Shown here one piece after another: positions 1-11,269 of a stretch of DNA of 41,606 nucleotides; the first letter of the stretch is position 1; every line of letters begins with the position of its first letter. The translations under genes were made by a program, and so were the position numbers. This stretch comes from Chloroflexota bacterium. GTDB taxonomy: Bacteria > Chloroflexota > Dehalococcoidia > UBA2979. The notes under the pieces were generated by a model. It was given only the letters and a program-made list of their open reading frames with translations, ran no database searches and was not told where the DNA came from. The stretch lies in contig VXMT01000019.1 in the NCBI GenBank assembly GCA_009840965.1, positions 1 to 41,606 of the forward strand, in the 5' to 3' direction.

Positions 1-792
1 CGCCAGCCCTGGAGCCCGACCCTGCTTCTCGCCATCGACATCGGCAACACCAGCATCGAGGTGGGCGTCTACGACGGACCGCGCCTCACCGCGCGCTTCC
101 GCCTTGCGAGCGACGCCGCCCGCTCGGCCGCCGACTACGCGCGCGACCTCGCCGGGCAGCTCTGCGCCGCCACCCTCGACCCCCGCTCGATCGACGCCGC
201 GGCTCTCGCCTCCACGGTGCCCGCGCTCGAGGCGACGCTCGCCGCGGCCTGCCGCGAGCGCTTCGGGATCGACCCGCTGGTCGTGGACGCCGACACCCAG
301 GCCGGCATCCCCATCCGCTGCGACGACCCTCGCGAGGTCGGCGCGGACCGCATCCTGCACGCCGTCGCGGCCCTCGACCGCCACGAGCCGCCCCTGATCG
401 TCGTCGACCTCGGGACGGCGCTCGTCCTCGACGCGGTTTCCGCCGAGGGCGCCTTCCTCGGCGGGACGATCTCGCCCGGCATCGCGATCGCCTCGGACGC
501 CCTGTTCGAGCGCGCCGCCAAGCTGCCGTCCGTCCCGATCGAGGCGCCTCAGCCCGACGCCGCGATCGGCCGCAATACCAGACACTCGATGCAGTCGGGT
601 ATCGTCTATGGCTACGCGGAGATGGTGTGCGGCATGGTGCGACGCTTCCAGGCAGAGCTCGGCGCGGCGGCGACGGTCATCGCCACCGGCGGCTACGCAC
701 CGCTGATCGCCGAGGCCGCCTGCTGCATCGACGCCATCGAGGACGACCTCAACCTCGAGGGCCTGCGCCTGGTCCATGAGGCGAACCGATGA
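1..792 (+). CDS. coaX: Type III pantothenate kinase, 5' end cut by the window edge
   Basis: Frame 1 is open from nt 1 and reads LLLAIDIGNTSIEVGVYDG, the N-terminal phosphate motif of CoaX. Later motifs are GRNTRHSMQSGIVYGY and VIATGGYAPL. The stop overlaps the coaBC start (ATGA at 789-792). Confidence 0.85.
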   Translation, partial: RQPWSPTLLLAIDIGNTSIEVGVYDGPRLTARFRLASDAARSAADYARDLAGQLCAATLDPRSIDAAALASTVPALEATLAAACRERFGIDPLVVDADTQAGIPIRCDDPREVGADRILHAVAALDRHEPPLIVVDLGTALVLDAVSAEGAFLGGTISPGIAIASDALFERAAKLPSVPIEAPQPDAAIGRNTRHSMQSGIVYGYAEMVCGMVRRFQAELGAAATVIATGGYAPLIAEAACCIDAIEDDLNLEGLRLVHEANR

Positions 793-2024
793 GCAGCAAG
801 CCGACCGCGACCCCGGCCCCCCTGAGCGGCCGCATGATCGTGCTCGGCGTGACCGGATCGATCGCCGCGTTCAAGGCGGTGGACGTCACGAGCCGCCTCG
901 TGCAGGCCGGCGCCACGGTCGAGGTCGTGATGACCGAAGCCGCCACAAAGTTCATAGGGCCATTGACGTTCCGGGGGATCACCGGCCGCGAGCCGTACGT
1001 CGATCTCTGGGCCACCGCGAGCCCGCACGCCGAGCCGCACGTCGTCCTCGGGCGCAGCGCCGACCTCTACCTGATCGTGCCGGCCAGCGCCTCGACGATG
1101 GCGCGGATCGCGCACGGCCTCGCCGACGACTTCGTCTCCCTGACCGCCCTCGCGATGCGTGGGCCCGTGCTGATCGCGCCGGCGATGGACGCCCTGATGT
1201 GGTCGAACGCGGCCACCCGGGCCAACGTCGACCTGCTGCGCGAGCGGGGCATCGAGTTCCTCGGGCCGGTCGAGGGCCGGCTCGCCTCCGGGGAGGTGGG
1301 CGCGGGGCGACTGATGGAGCCCGCGGCGATCGTGGACCACGTCAAGGCGCGCATCGGCCGCGAGCACGGAGACCTCGCAGGCGCGCGCATCGCCGTCACG
1401 GCGGGCGGCACTCGCGAGCCGGCCGACCCCGTGCGCTTCGTCGGCAACCGCTCGACCGGCAAGATGGGCCACGCCCTCGCCGAGGCCGCCCGCGACCGCG
1501 GCGCCGACGTGGTGCTGATCACGAGCGCCTCACTCGCGGCTCCCGGGGCCACCGAGGTCGTCCAGGTCGAGACCGCCCACGAGATGCTCGCCGCCCTCGA
1601 GACGCACGTCGCGGACTGCGACGCGCTCGTCATGGCCGCCGCCGTCGCCGACTACCGCCCCAGCGAGTCGCTGGAACGGAAGCAGAAGCGCGGCGGGCTC
1701 GAGCACTGGACGCTCGACCTCGAGCGCAACCCGGACCTGATCGCCTCGATCGAGCGCGAGGGCCTGATCAAGGTGGCCTTCGCCGCCGAGACGGAGGACG
1801 TGCTGCGGAACGCCGCCCACAAGCTCGTCGCCAAGGGCGCGCACCTCATGGTCGCGAACGACGTCAGCGCGAAGGACGCGGGGTTCGCGGTGGACACGAA
1901 CCGCGTCGTCATCCTCGACCGCAACGGGGGCTGCGACGAGCTGCCCCTGCTCTCCAAGTACGATTGCTCGCACCGTATCCTCGACCGGCTGGCGGCGCTG
2001 CTCCAGGACCGCGCCCCTCTCTAA
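789..2024 (+). CDS. coaBC: Bifunctional phosphopantothenoylcysteine decarboxylase / phosphopantothenate-cysteine ligase
   Basis: 411 aa. The N-terminal flavoprotein motif is VLGVTGSIAAFKAVDVTSRL. The C-terminal DFP ligase half carries GNRSTGKMG and AAAVADYRP. It is translationally coupled to coaX. Confidence 0.9.
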   Translation: MSSKPTATPAPLSGRMIVLGVTGSIAAFKAVDVTSRLVQAGATVEVVMTEAATKFIGPLTFRGITGREPYVDLWATASPHAEPHVVLGRSADLYLIVPASASTMARIAHGLADDFVSLTALAMRGPVLIAPAMDALMWSNAATRANVDLLRERGIEFLGPVEGRLASGEVGAGRLMEPAAIVDHVKARIGREHGDLAGARIAVTAGGTREPADPVRFVGNRSTGKMGHALAEAARDRGADVVLITSASLAAPGATEVVQVETAHEMLAALETHVADCDALVMAAAVADYRPSESLERKQKRGGLEHWTLDLERNPDLIASIEREGLIKVAFAAETEDVLRNAAHKLVAKGAHLMVANDVSAKDAGFAVDTNRVVILDRNGGCDELPLLSKYDCSHRILDRLAALLQDRAPL

Positions 2025-2367
2025 GGCCGCCCCGCTCCGACGGCCTGCGGATACATCGTGGACAACCCGCCTCCCGCCGTGCACAAGCTCCTCGTAACCT
2101 CGGTTCCGCTCCCGACAGCCTCGGCCGGCCCGTCGCGGTGCCCCGGACTGCCGCCTCACCTACCCACTATCTGTTCACGCGTGTTCTCTCTTTATCCCGC
2201 CCCCGCCCAAGGCGCCGGATCTTCGACATTGGCTGGCAGCCCGACCGGTTCCGCCTCCCATCCACGCCGTCCCCGGCTCTACCACTACTACCGTTCCCCC
2301 ACTCATCACCCCGACCCCTCAGCCCTGTCGTGGACAGGAGCCCGCTCTTCGTTGTGGAGTAGATCCC

Positions 2368-3657
2368 GTGATTGATCAGGTTGTGGTCGAAGTGGCTGCC
2401 GGGAAAGGCGGGGACGGCATCGTCTCGTTCCGGCGAGAGAAGTTCGTGCCGCACGGCGGTCCCGATGGCGGCGATGGTGGCCGTGGGGGCTCGGTGGGCC
2501 TCGTCGCCGACCGGACGGTCACGGGCCTCGGCGCGTACCGGGACGGACGGCTGCGGGGGGCTCGGAACGGGCAGCCCGGCAGCTCGACACAGCGCCGCGG
2601 CGCGGCCGGCGAGGATCTGTGGCTCTCCGTGCCGGTTGGCTGCGTCGTCTGGGACCTCGATCCCGGTGGCGACGAGCCGGACCCCGAGGACGCTCGCCCG
2701 CTCGTCGACCTCGCGGAGAACGGCGCGCAGGCGGTCATCGCGAGGGGTGGCCGCGGGGGCTGGGGCAATAAGCGCTTCGCAACCGCGACCCGCCGCACGC
2801 CGCGCTTCGCTCAGCGGGGGATGCCGGGCGAGCGCCGAAGGTTGCGGCTCGAACTTAAGCTGCTGGCCGATGTCGGCCTCGTCGGGCTGCCGAACGCGGG
2901 CAAGTCGACGCTGCTCGGCGCCTGGTCGGCAGCGCATCCGAAGGTCGCGGCGTACCCGTTCACCACGCTGGAGCCGGAGCTGGGCGTGGTCGAGCTTGGC
3001 TACGACTCGTTCGTCGCGGCCGACATGCCGGGCCTGATCGAGGGCGCCAGCCGGGGGGTTGGCCTCGGGCACGAGTTCCTGCGGCACATCGAGCGCACCC
3101 GCGTGCTCGTGCACGTGCTCGACATGACGCGCGACGACCCGCTCGCCGACCGCGAGCTGATCGACCGCGAGCTTGCCGAGTTCGGGCACGGCCTCGCCGA
3201 GAAGCCGCAGTTGCTGGCTCTCAACAAGATCGACGACCCGGACGCGCGGGCGCACGTCGAGTTGCTCGAGGATCTGCTCGACGCGCAGGAGACGCCGTGG
3301 CTCGCGATCTCGGCGGCCGCGCAGGAGGGCACGCGGTCGCTGGCCGAGCGGGCCTTCCAGCTGCTCCGCGAGCAGCTCCGGCGCGAGGAGCGCGAGATCG
3401 AGCCGCCGCCGCGCATCGAGGTCCGCCCGTCGCGGCCGGAGCGCTTCCGCATCGAGCGTGACGAGCAGGACCGCGTCGTGGTGCGGGGCCGCACCCCCGA
3501 GTGGCTGGCGGCCACGTTCGACCTCGGAGACCTCGAGGCGCGCGAGGAGCTGCTCGACAGGCTGCGGCGCCTCGGGCTCGCGCGCGCCCTGGCGCGCGAG
3601 GGCGTGACGCCGGGCACGACGATCCAGGTGGGCGACGTCGAGCTGGTCTGGGAGTAG
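2368..3657 (+). CDS. obg: GTPase Obg/CgtA
   Basis: The N-terminal Obg fold reads VVEVAAGKGGDGIVSFRREKFVPHGGPDGGDGGRGGSV. The G domain carries GLPNAGKSTLL, DMPGLIEGAS and LNKID. A C-terminal OCT-like domain is present. Confidence 0.95.
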   Translation: MIDQVVVEVAAGKGGDGIVSFRREKFVPHGGPDGGDGGRGGSVGLVADRTVTGLGAYRDGRLRGARNGQPGSSTQRRGAAGEDLWLSVPVGCVVWDLDPGGDEPDPEDARPLVDLAENGAQAVIARGGRGGWGNKRFATATRRTPRFAQRGMPGERRRLRLELKLLADVGLVGLPNAGKSTLLGAWSAAHPKVAAYPFTTLEPELGVVELGYDSFVAADMPGLIEGASRGVGLGHEFLRHIERTRVLVHVLDMTRDDPLADRELIDRELAEFGHGLAEKPQLLALNKIDDPDARAHVELLEDLLDAQETPWLAISAAAQEGTRSLAERAFQLLREQLRREEREIEPPPRIEVRPSRPERFRIERDEQDRVVVRGRTPEWLAATFDLGDLEAREELLDRLRRLGLARALAREGVTPGTTIQVGDVELVWE

Positions 3658-3662
3658 CGGCG

Positions 3663-4271
3663 ATGCGCATCGGCGTCCTTGGCGGCACCTTCGACCCGCC
3701 ACACCTCGCCCACCTCGTGCTGGCGGCCGCGGCGAGGCAGGCGCTCACCCTCGATCGTGTCGTGCTCGTGCCGGCGGGCGACCCCTGGCGCAAGGCGGGG
3801 AGCGGGGTCTCGCCGGCGGCCGAGCGCCTCGCGCTCACTCGGGCGGCCGTCGAGGGCGTACTGCCCTGGGCGGAGGTGAGCGAGATCGAGGTGCGCCGCG
3901 AGGGACCGAGCTACACGGCGGAGACGCTCGAGGAGTTGCAGGCCGAGTTCCCCGGCAACGAGTGGTGGTTCATCCTCGGCTGGGACGCGCTCGCGGACCT
4001 GCCGAACTGGCACGAGCCGGAGCGCATCATCGAGCTGGCGCGGCTCGCGCTCGCGCAGCGGGGCGGCGAGTCCACGGACGGCGCGCTGCCCCCGGAGACG
4101 GTCGCGGCCCTGCCGGGGCTGGCCGCGCGCGTCGACCGCGTGCCGCTCCCGCGCCTCGATGTCTCGGCCTCGGAGCTGCGGCGTCGCCTGCGTGAGGGCG
4201 AGGAGACGGCGCCGCTGCTGCCGGCGGGCGTGCGGGAGTTGATCGCCGCGCGGGGGCTCTACGGCGCCTGA
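3663..4271 (+). CDS. nadD: Nicotinate-nucleotide adenylyltransferase
   Basis: MRIGVLGGTFDPPHLAHL carries the HxGH-type nucleotidyltransferase motif. I chose the internal ATG at 3663. The upstream 54 codons of ORF 3501 are Arg/Ala junk that overlaps obg. Confidence 0.9.
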   Translation: MRIGVLGGTFDPPHLAHLVLAAAARQALTLDRVVLVPAGDPWRKAGSGVSPAAERLALTRAAVEGVLPWAEVSEIEVRREGPSYTAETLEELQAEFPGNEWWFILGWDALADLPNWHEPERIIELARLALAQRGGESTDGALPPETVAALPGLAARVDRVPLPRLDVSASELRRRLREGEETAPLLPAGVRELIAARGLYGA

Positions 4272-4282
4272 GTCGCGGCGGT

Positions 4283-4975
4283 TCAGGCCTCCTCGGGTGG
4301 GCGTCCGAAGAGGATCGAGGCGCGCGGGACCGGGGGGAACAGGAACGGGCGCAGCCCCGCCTCGATAGCAAAGGGAAAGCCTGCCTCCTGCGCGAAGCGC
4401 AACAGCGTTCGTCCCGAGCGCAGCTGCGGCGAGCGCACGTGGCGGCCCAGCCAGCGCCGGTTCCAGGCATCGAGGAAGCGCCGCCCGGTCGGCGCGAACT
4501 CCCAGATCAGCGCCAGCCCGCCGGGTGCGAGCACGCGCCAGACCTCGTCGAGCAGATCTCGCAGGCCGTCGTCATCGAGGTGCTTCACCAGGTAGCCGCA
4601 GAGCACGAAGTCGAACGCGCCCGGGGCGATCGGGAGGCTCGTCGCCGAGCCCTGCACGAGCGCGGGCGGGTGCGACGTCGCGGCCCCGTCGCGCTGTGCG
4701 TGCCGCAGGATCGCTCGCGAGAAGTCGAGGCCGACGGGCCGGCGATCGAAACGCACGCGGCCGTCCATGAAGCGCAGCACCGAGGCGCGCCCGCAGCCGA
4801 TGTCGAGCACGCGCAGGCTCGGCTCCATGTTCAGCTCGTCGGGCAGCCGCAGCAGCGGGCCGTTCATCACGAACGCGCCCTGCGAGCCGAGCGCCCAGCG
4901 CAGCCCCGTCGCCGCCAGCCCCGGCCGGCTCAACAGGCGCTCGTACTCGTGGAGGCGGGCCCGCTCGAAGCTCAT
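4283..4975 (-). CDS. Class I SAM-dependent methyltransferase
   Basis: Motif I is VLDIGCGRASV, with a post-I acidic residue in GLDFS, plus LAPGGLALIWEF. The start is set at MSFERARL (cat at 4973-4975). The longer ORF to 5422 is an Arg/Ser-rich off-frame extension over the neighbouring gene. Confidence 0.75.
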   Translation of the reverse strand: MSFERARLHEYERLLSRPGLAATGLRWALGSQGAFVMNGPLLRLPDELNMEPSLRVLDIGCGRASVLRFMDGRVRFDRRPVGLDFSRAILRHAQRDGAATSHPPALVQGSATSLPIAPGAFDFVLCGYLVKHLDDDGLRDLLDEVWRVLAPGGLALIWEFAPTGRRFLDAWNRRWLGRHVRSPQLRSGRTLLRFAQEAGFPFAIEAGLRPFLFPPVPRASILFGRPPEEA

Positions 4976-5006
4976 GCGGGAATCGTGGCACGTCGGCGAT
5001 CGCCGC

Positions 5007-5492
5007 TCAATGGCCGCTGGAGGGCGGTCCGGGCTCGCCGAGGTCGAAGGAGAGCCGCACGTGCGCCTCCTGCGCGGCGGCCCAGTCGCACATCGCCGCC
5101 AGCTCCTCGAGCCGCGGGGCGAGGTCCTCGTAGCCCTCGAGCAGCTCGTTGAGCCGGCGGTCGCCGGCGACGGTCGCGGCGGCGACGGCGCGGCAGCACT
5201 CGGCGAGCCTCGAGGGGTCCTGCCACATCCGCTGCAGCTCGCGCCGGTCCGCCTCGTCCTCGACGCGCCGGTCGGCGTAGCGCAGCAGCGGGCGCAGCGA
5301 GACCTTGTGCAGCGTCTCGATGCGGCTCGCGGCCTGCGCCAGCTCGTGCTGCGCCCCGAAGCGCAGCGAGAACGCCCACGAGGCGAAGTACAGGACCACC
5401 GAGGGATCGCCCTCGAACGCAATCGGGCAGGCCTCGTCCGCGTCGAACTCGACGTGGAGCGGCTGCGCGGGGTCCTCGATGGGGCTGGTCAC
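5007..5492 (-). CDS. Hypothetical protein (161 aa) immediately downstream of gyrB
   Basis: GTG start 19 nt after the gyrB stop. The amino-acid composition is balanced and third codon positions are almost all G/C. I recognise no motif. Confidence 0.6.
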   Translation of the reverse strand: MTSPIEDPAQPLHVEFDADEACPIAFEGDPSVVLYFASWAFSLRFGAQHELAQAASRIETLHKVSLRPLLRYADRRVEDEADRRELQRMWQDPSRLAECCRAVAAATVAGDRRLNELLEGYEDLAPRLEELAAMCDWAAAQEAHVRLSFDLGEPGPPSSGH

Positions 5493-5511
5493 GGCGGGTG
5501 TGCGGGGGCCG

Positions 5512-8034
<2,523 letters not shown>

Positions 8035-8273
8035 TCAGTCCGTCCAGCGACTACGGAACGCGGGACGCGCAGCGCCGCGGCGCGCCCGGATCGTGTCTGT
8101 CGGGGAAGCGGATCCCGCGCCAGGCAAAAAGGCCTTTCGCGGAGAAATCACATGACGAAACGGCTGCGTTGACCCTGATGTTCCCGGCACTTGCATAGTA
8201 TACCGGATAACGGCCTCACGCGCCCTCCGTGGGGGCGTCGCCGCGGCCCGTGAGCGGGCACCCGAGGAAGCCA

Positions 8274-8726
8274 ATGGCACAGCAACGTAATCCTATCTCG
8301 ATCGCCCCCATCGGCGTCGTGCGCAACGGCGAACACGACCCCGCCCGACAGGACTGGTCGCGCGTCCACAGCCGCATCGAATTGAACGCGGATCTCGCTC
8401 CTGCCCTCGACGGACTCGAGGGCTTCTCGCACGTCATCGTCGTCGGCTGGCTCGACCGGATTCCCGAGGATCTGCGAGCGCGCAGGCGCGCGCACCCGGC
8501 CGGCGACGAGCGGCTGCCGCTGCTCGGCGCGCTGGCGCTGCGAGGCGGCGCGCGACCCAACCCGCTCTCCGTCACGGTCTGCCGCCTGCGCTCGGTGAGC
8601 GGCGCGCGGGTCGAGGTCGTAGGCCTCGATCTCGTCGACGGCACGCCGGTGCTGGACCTCAAGCCCTACATCGCCGCCTACGACTCGCAGCCGGGGGCAA
8701 CGCTGCCGGACTGGGCCCAGGGCTGA
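8274..8726 (+). CDS. trmO: tRNA (m6t6A37) methyltransferase TrmO / YaeB (TsaA) family
   Basis: Motifs seen are PIGVVRNGE, LEGFSHVIVVGWLD, RPNPLSVTVCRL and VGLDLVDGTPVLDLKPYI. The start is placed at MAQQRN (ATG 8274), though 8229 is possible. Confidence 0.8.
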   Translation: MAQQRNPISIAPIGVVRNGEHDPARQDWSRVHSRIELNADLAPALDGLEGFSHVIVVGWLDRIPEDLRARRRAHPAGDERLPLLGALALRGGARPNPLSVTVCRLRSVSGARVEVVGLDLVDGTPVLDLKPYIAAYDSQPGATLPDWAQG

Positions 8727-8730
8727 GGCG

Positions 8731-9117
8731 ATGTGGAGGCTGCGCGTGCTGGCGCTCGGGGCGATGCCGGGACGCTGCCCGAGCTGTCTGCGCGTCTCGA
8801 TGTTCGCGGGGTTCTACGAGCTGCACGAGACGTGCCGCGTATGCGGCGTCCGCTACCAGGGATCGGACGGGGCGTGGCTGGGCGCGATCGCCGTCGGCTA
8901 CGCCATCGGGGTGATCTTCGTGGTGGCGCTCGGGATGGCCGAGCTGCTCTGGGGGCCGATCCGGGCGCTCGGCCTCGATCCGCTATGGACGATCGCGATC
9001 GCCAGCCTCCCCGTGACGGCGCTCGGCTATCGCCCGGCCAAGGGCCTCTGGTTCGCGCTGCTGTACCTCGGGGGATTCGTCGTGCCAGACGGAATCGCGG
9101 AAGGCGATCCCCCGTAG
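8731..9117 (+). CDS. DUF983-like small membrane protein with an N-terminal CxxC...CxxC zinc ribbon
   Basis: CPSC...CRVCG is followed by two hydrophobic helices. GC3 is high. Confidence 0.6.
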   Translation: MWRLRVLALGAMPGRCPSCLRVSMFAGFYELHETCRVCGVRYQGSDGAWLGAIAVGYAIGVIFVVALGMAELLWGPIRALGLDPLWTIAIASLPVTALGYRPAKGLWFALLYLGGFVVPDGIAEGDPP

Positions 9118-9177
9118 CAGCGTAGCGCTGTCTGCGAAGGCGTTGCGCCAGCCCGCGCGGCGTCCGAGGCTGGCCGC

Positions 9178-10266
9178 ATGGACATCGCGATCGTCGGGCT
9201 GCCGGGCGCGGGCAAGACCTCGCTGTTCAACGCGCTGACGCGCGGCGAGGCCGAGGTCGGCGCCTACAGCTCGCGCTCGGAGCCGAACCTCGGCGTGGCC
9301 CACGTGCCCGACGAACGGCTCCACCGCCTTGCCGCGCAGGAAGGCTCGAAGCGCGTCACGCCCGTCGAGCTGCGCCTTGCCGACTACCCCGCCAGCTTCG
9401 ACGCCTCCGGCATCGACCGGCAGCGGCTGCAGGAGCTGGCGCAGATGGACGCGCTCGTCCTCGTGGCCCGCGCCTTCCAGAACCCCGCCGTACCCGCCCC
9501 CGAGGGCGGCGTCGACGCCGACCGCGACATCGAGACGATGCAGCTCGAGCTGACGTACGCCGACCTCGCGCTGATCGAGCGCCGGTTGGAGCGGATCGAG
9601 CCGGAGATCCGTTCGCTGTCCGCCGCCGAGCGTGGTCCGCTGGAGCAGGACCGCGCGCTGCTGCAGCGCCTGCGCGAGGCGCTCGAGGAGGGCGGCGCGC
9701 TGCGCTCCCTCGACCTCGGCGAGGGCGAGCGGCGGCTGCTCGCGAGCTACCAGTTCGCCACGCGCCGGCCCCTGCTGATCCTCGTGAACGTCGACGAGGA
9801 CGAGCTGCCGCGCCTCGAGAAAGCCGAAGCGGAGTACGCCGCTCGGCACGCCGCGCCCGGCGTCGCCGTCGTCGCGCTCAGCGCACGCATCGAGGCGGAG
9901 CTGGCGCAGATGGAGCCGGACGAGGCTGCGGCGTTCCGCGGCGAGCTGGGACTCCCGGAAACCTCGCCGCTCGAGCGGGTGATCCACGAGACGTACGACC
10001 TGCTCGGCGTGCTCACCTTCCTCACGGCGAGCGACCGCGAGGCGCGCGCCTGGACGCTGCCGCGCGGCGGCACGGCCCTCGATGCGGCGGGCCGCATCCA
10101 CAGCGACCTGGAACGCGGCTTCATCCGCGCCGAGGTCGCGCGCTGGGACGAGCTGCTGGAGGCGGGGAGCGAGGCGCAGCTGCGGCGCAGCGGCCGCCTG
10201 CGCACCGAGGGCCGGGACTACGTGGTGCAGGACGGCGACGTGGTGCACGTGCTCTTCAACGTCTGA
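9178..10266 (+). CDS. ychF: Ribosome-binding ATPase YchF
   Basis: The P-loop is IVGLPGAGKTSLFNALT. The C-terminal TGS-like end reads GFIRAEV...GRLRTEGRDYVVQDGDVVHVLFNV. Confidence 0.9.
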   Translation: MDIAIVGLPGAGKTSLFNALTRGEAEVGAYSSRSEPNLGVAHVPDERLHRLAAQEGSKRVTPVELRLADYPASFDASGIDRQRLQELAQMDALVLVARAFQNPAVPAPEGGVDADRDIETMQLELTYADLALIERRLERIEPEIRSLSAAERGPLEQDRALLQRLREALEEGGALRSLDLGEGERRLLASYQFATRRPLLILVNVDEDELPRLEKAEAEYAARHAAPGVAVVALSARIEAELAQMEPDEAAAFRGELGLPETSPLERVIHETYDLLGVLTFLTASDREARAWTLPRGGTALDAAGRIHSDLERGFIRAEVARWDELLEAGSEAQLRRSGRLRTEGRDYVVQDGDVVHVLFNV

Positions 10267-10321
10267 CCAGCCGTGCGACGCCGGGGCCGCGCGGCGATAT
10301 GATCCCCAGCGTGAGGCGACG

Positions 10322-11203
10322 ATGAGCGACCACGACACAGTTGCAGCGGCTGGAGCGGCGGACGTCCGCGCCCGCCTCGTCGCGGAGGTCGAGGCCGCCC
10401 TCGAGGGCGGCCCCGCCGTCGCCGTGGCGACGGTGATCGACGCGGGCGAGCAGGGCGGCCTGCAGCTCGGAGCGAAGCTGCTCGTGCGTGCGGCCGGCTC
10501 GACGCTCGGCGACCTCGGCGCCGCCGCGATCGACGAGGCGGCGGCGGCGGCCGGGCTCGAGGCGCTTTCCGCCCGCCCGCGCATCGAGGCGCAGACGGTC
10601 TATGTGCGCGCGGACGGCGATCTCGTCGTGCGCCGCTCCCGGGCGCGGCCCGGCGACGCACGGCTCATGCTCGAGGTGTTCGAGGCGCCCGGCCGCCTGC
10701 TGATCGTGGGCGGCGGGCACATCGGCCTCGCCCTCGCCACGATCGGCGCCACGCTCGGCTTCCAGGTCACCGTCGTCGACGACCGCGAGGAGTTCGCGAA
10801 CCGCGAGCGCTTCCCGATGGCCTCCGAGGTGATCGCCGGGGAGGTCGACGAGGAGCTCGATGCGCTCGCGATCGACGGGCGCACCTACGCGGTCATGGTC
10901 TCGCGCGGCCACCAGGTCGACGAGCTGGCGCTGCGCCACACGATCGGGCGCGGCGCGGCCTACGTGGGCATGATCGGCAGCCGCCGCCGCACGGGCACCG
11001 TGATCCAGCACCTGCTGGACGAGGGCCTGCCGCGCGAGGATCTCGAGGCGGTGCGCACGCCGATCGGGCTGGACATCGGCGCGGAGACCCCGGAGGAGAT
11101 CGCGCTCGCCATCCTCGCGGAGATGGTGATGCTGCAGCGCGGCGGCAGCGGCGCGCCGATGCGTGAGGTGAAGGGCCGCGCGCCGGCCGGGCAGGCGACG
11201 TAA
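10322..11203 (+). CDS. XdhC/CoxI-family accessory protein (N-terminal XdhC_CoxI domain plus a Rossmann C-domain)
   Basis: LLIVGGGHIGLALATIGATLGFQVTVVDDRE and MVSRGHQVDELAL...YVGMIGSRRR are present. The start is at MSDHD (ATG 10322). The upstream part of ORF 10082 overlaps ychF out of frame. Confidence 0.8.
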   Translation: MSDHDTVAAAGAADVRARLVAEVEAALEGGPAVAVATVIDAGEQGGLQLGAKLLVRAAGSTLGDLGAAAIDEAAAAAGLEALSARPRIEAQTVYVRADGDLVVRRSRARPGDARLMLEVFEAPGRLLIVGGGHIGLALATIGATLGFQVTVVDDREEFANRERFPMASEVIAGEVDEELDALAIDGRTYAVMVSRGHQVDELALRHTIGRGAAYVGMIGSRRRTGTVIQHLLDEGLPREDLEAVRTPIGLDIGAETPEEIALAILAEMVMLQRGGSGAPMREVKGRAPAGQAT

Positions 11204-11216
11204 GGGCCGGTCGCGC

Positions 11217-11225
11217 TGGTAGACT
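11217..11225 (+). promoter_or_regulatory. Possible extended -10 (TGGTAGACT) ahead of the second XdhC-like gene
   Basis: TGnTAGnnT lies 45 nt upstream of ATG 11270. The same pattern recurs at other gene starts in this window. Confidence 0.3.
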
Positions 11226-11269
11226 GGATCGCCACGAACGGACCGCGAGCGGGACGGGACAGGGCAACG

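Noticed and set aside
8128-8137. The 10-bp perfect palindrome AAAGGCCTTT and nearby TTGACC/TAGTAT boxes in the gyrB-trmO divergent region, read as a defined promoter or operator.
   Set aside because: - The spacing between TTGACC (8169) and TAGTAT (8196) is 21 nt, too long for a standard promoter.
- The palindrome is short and AT-poor enough to occur by chance.
- Not enough support exists to annotate it.
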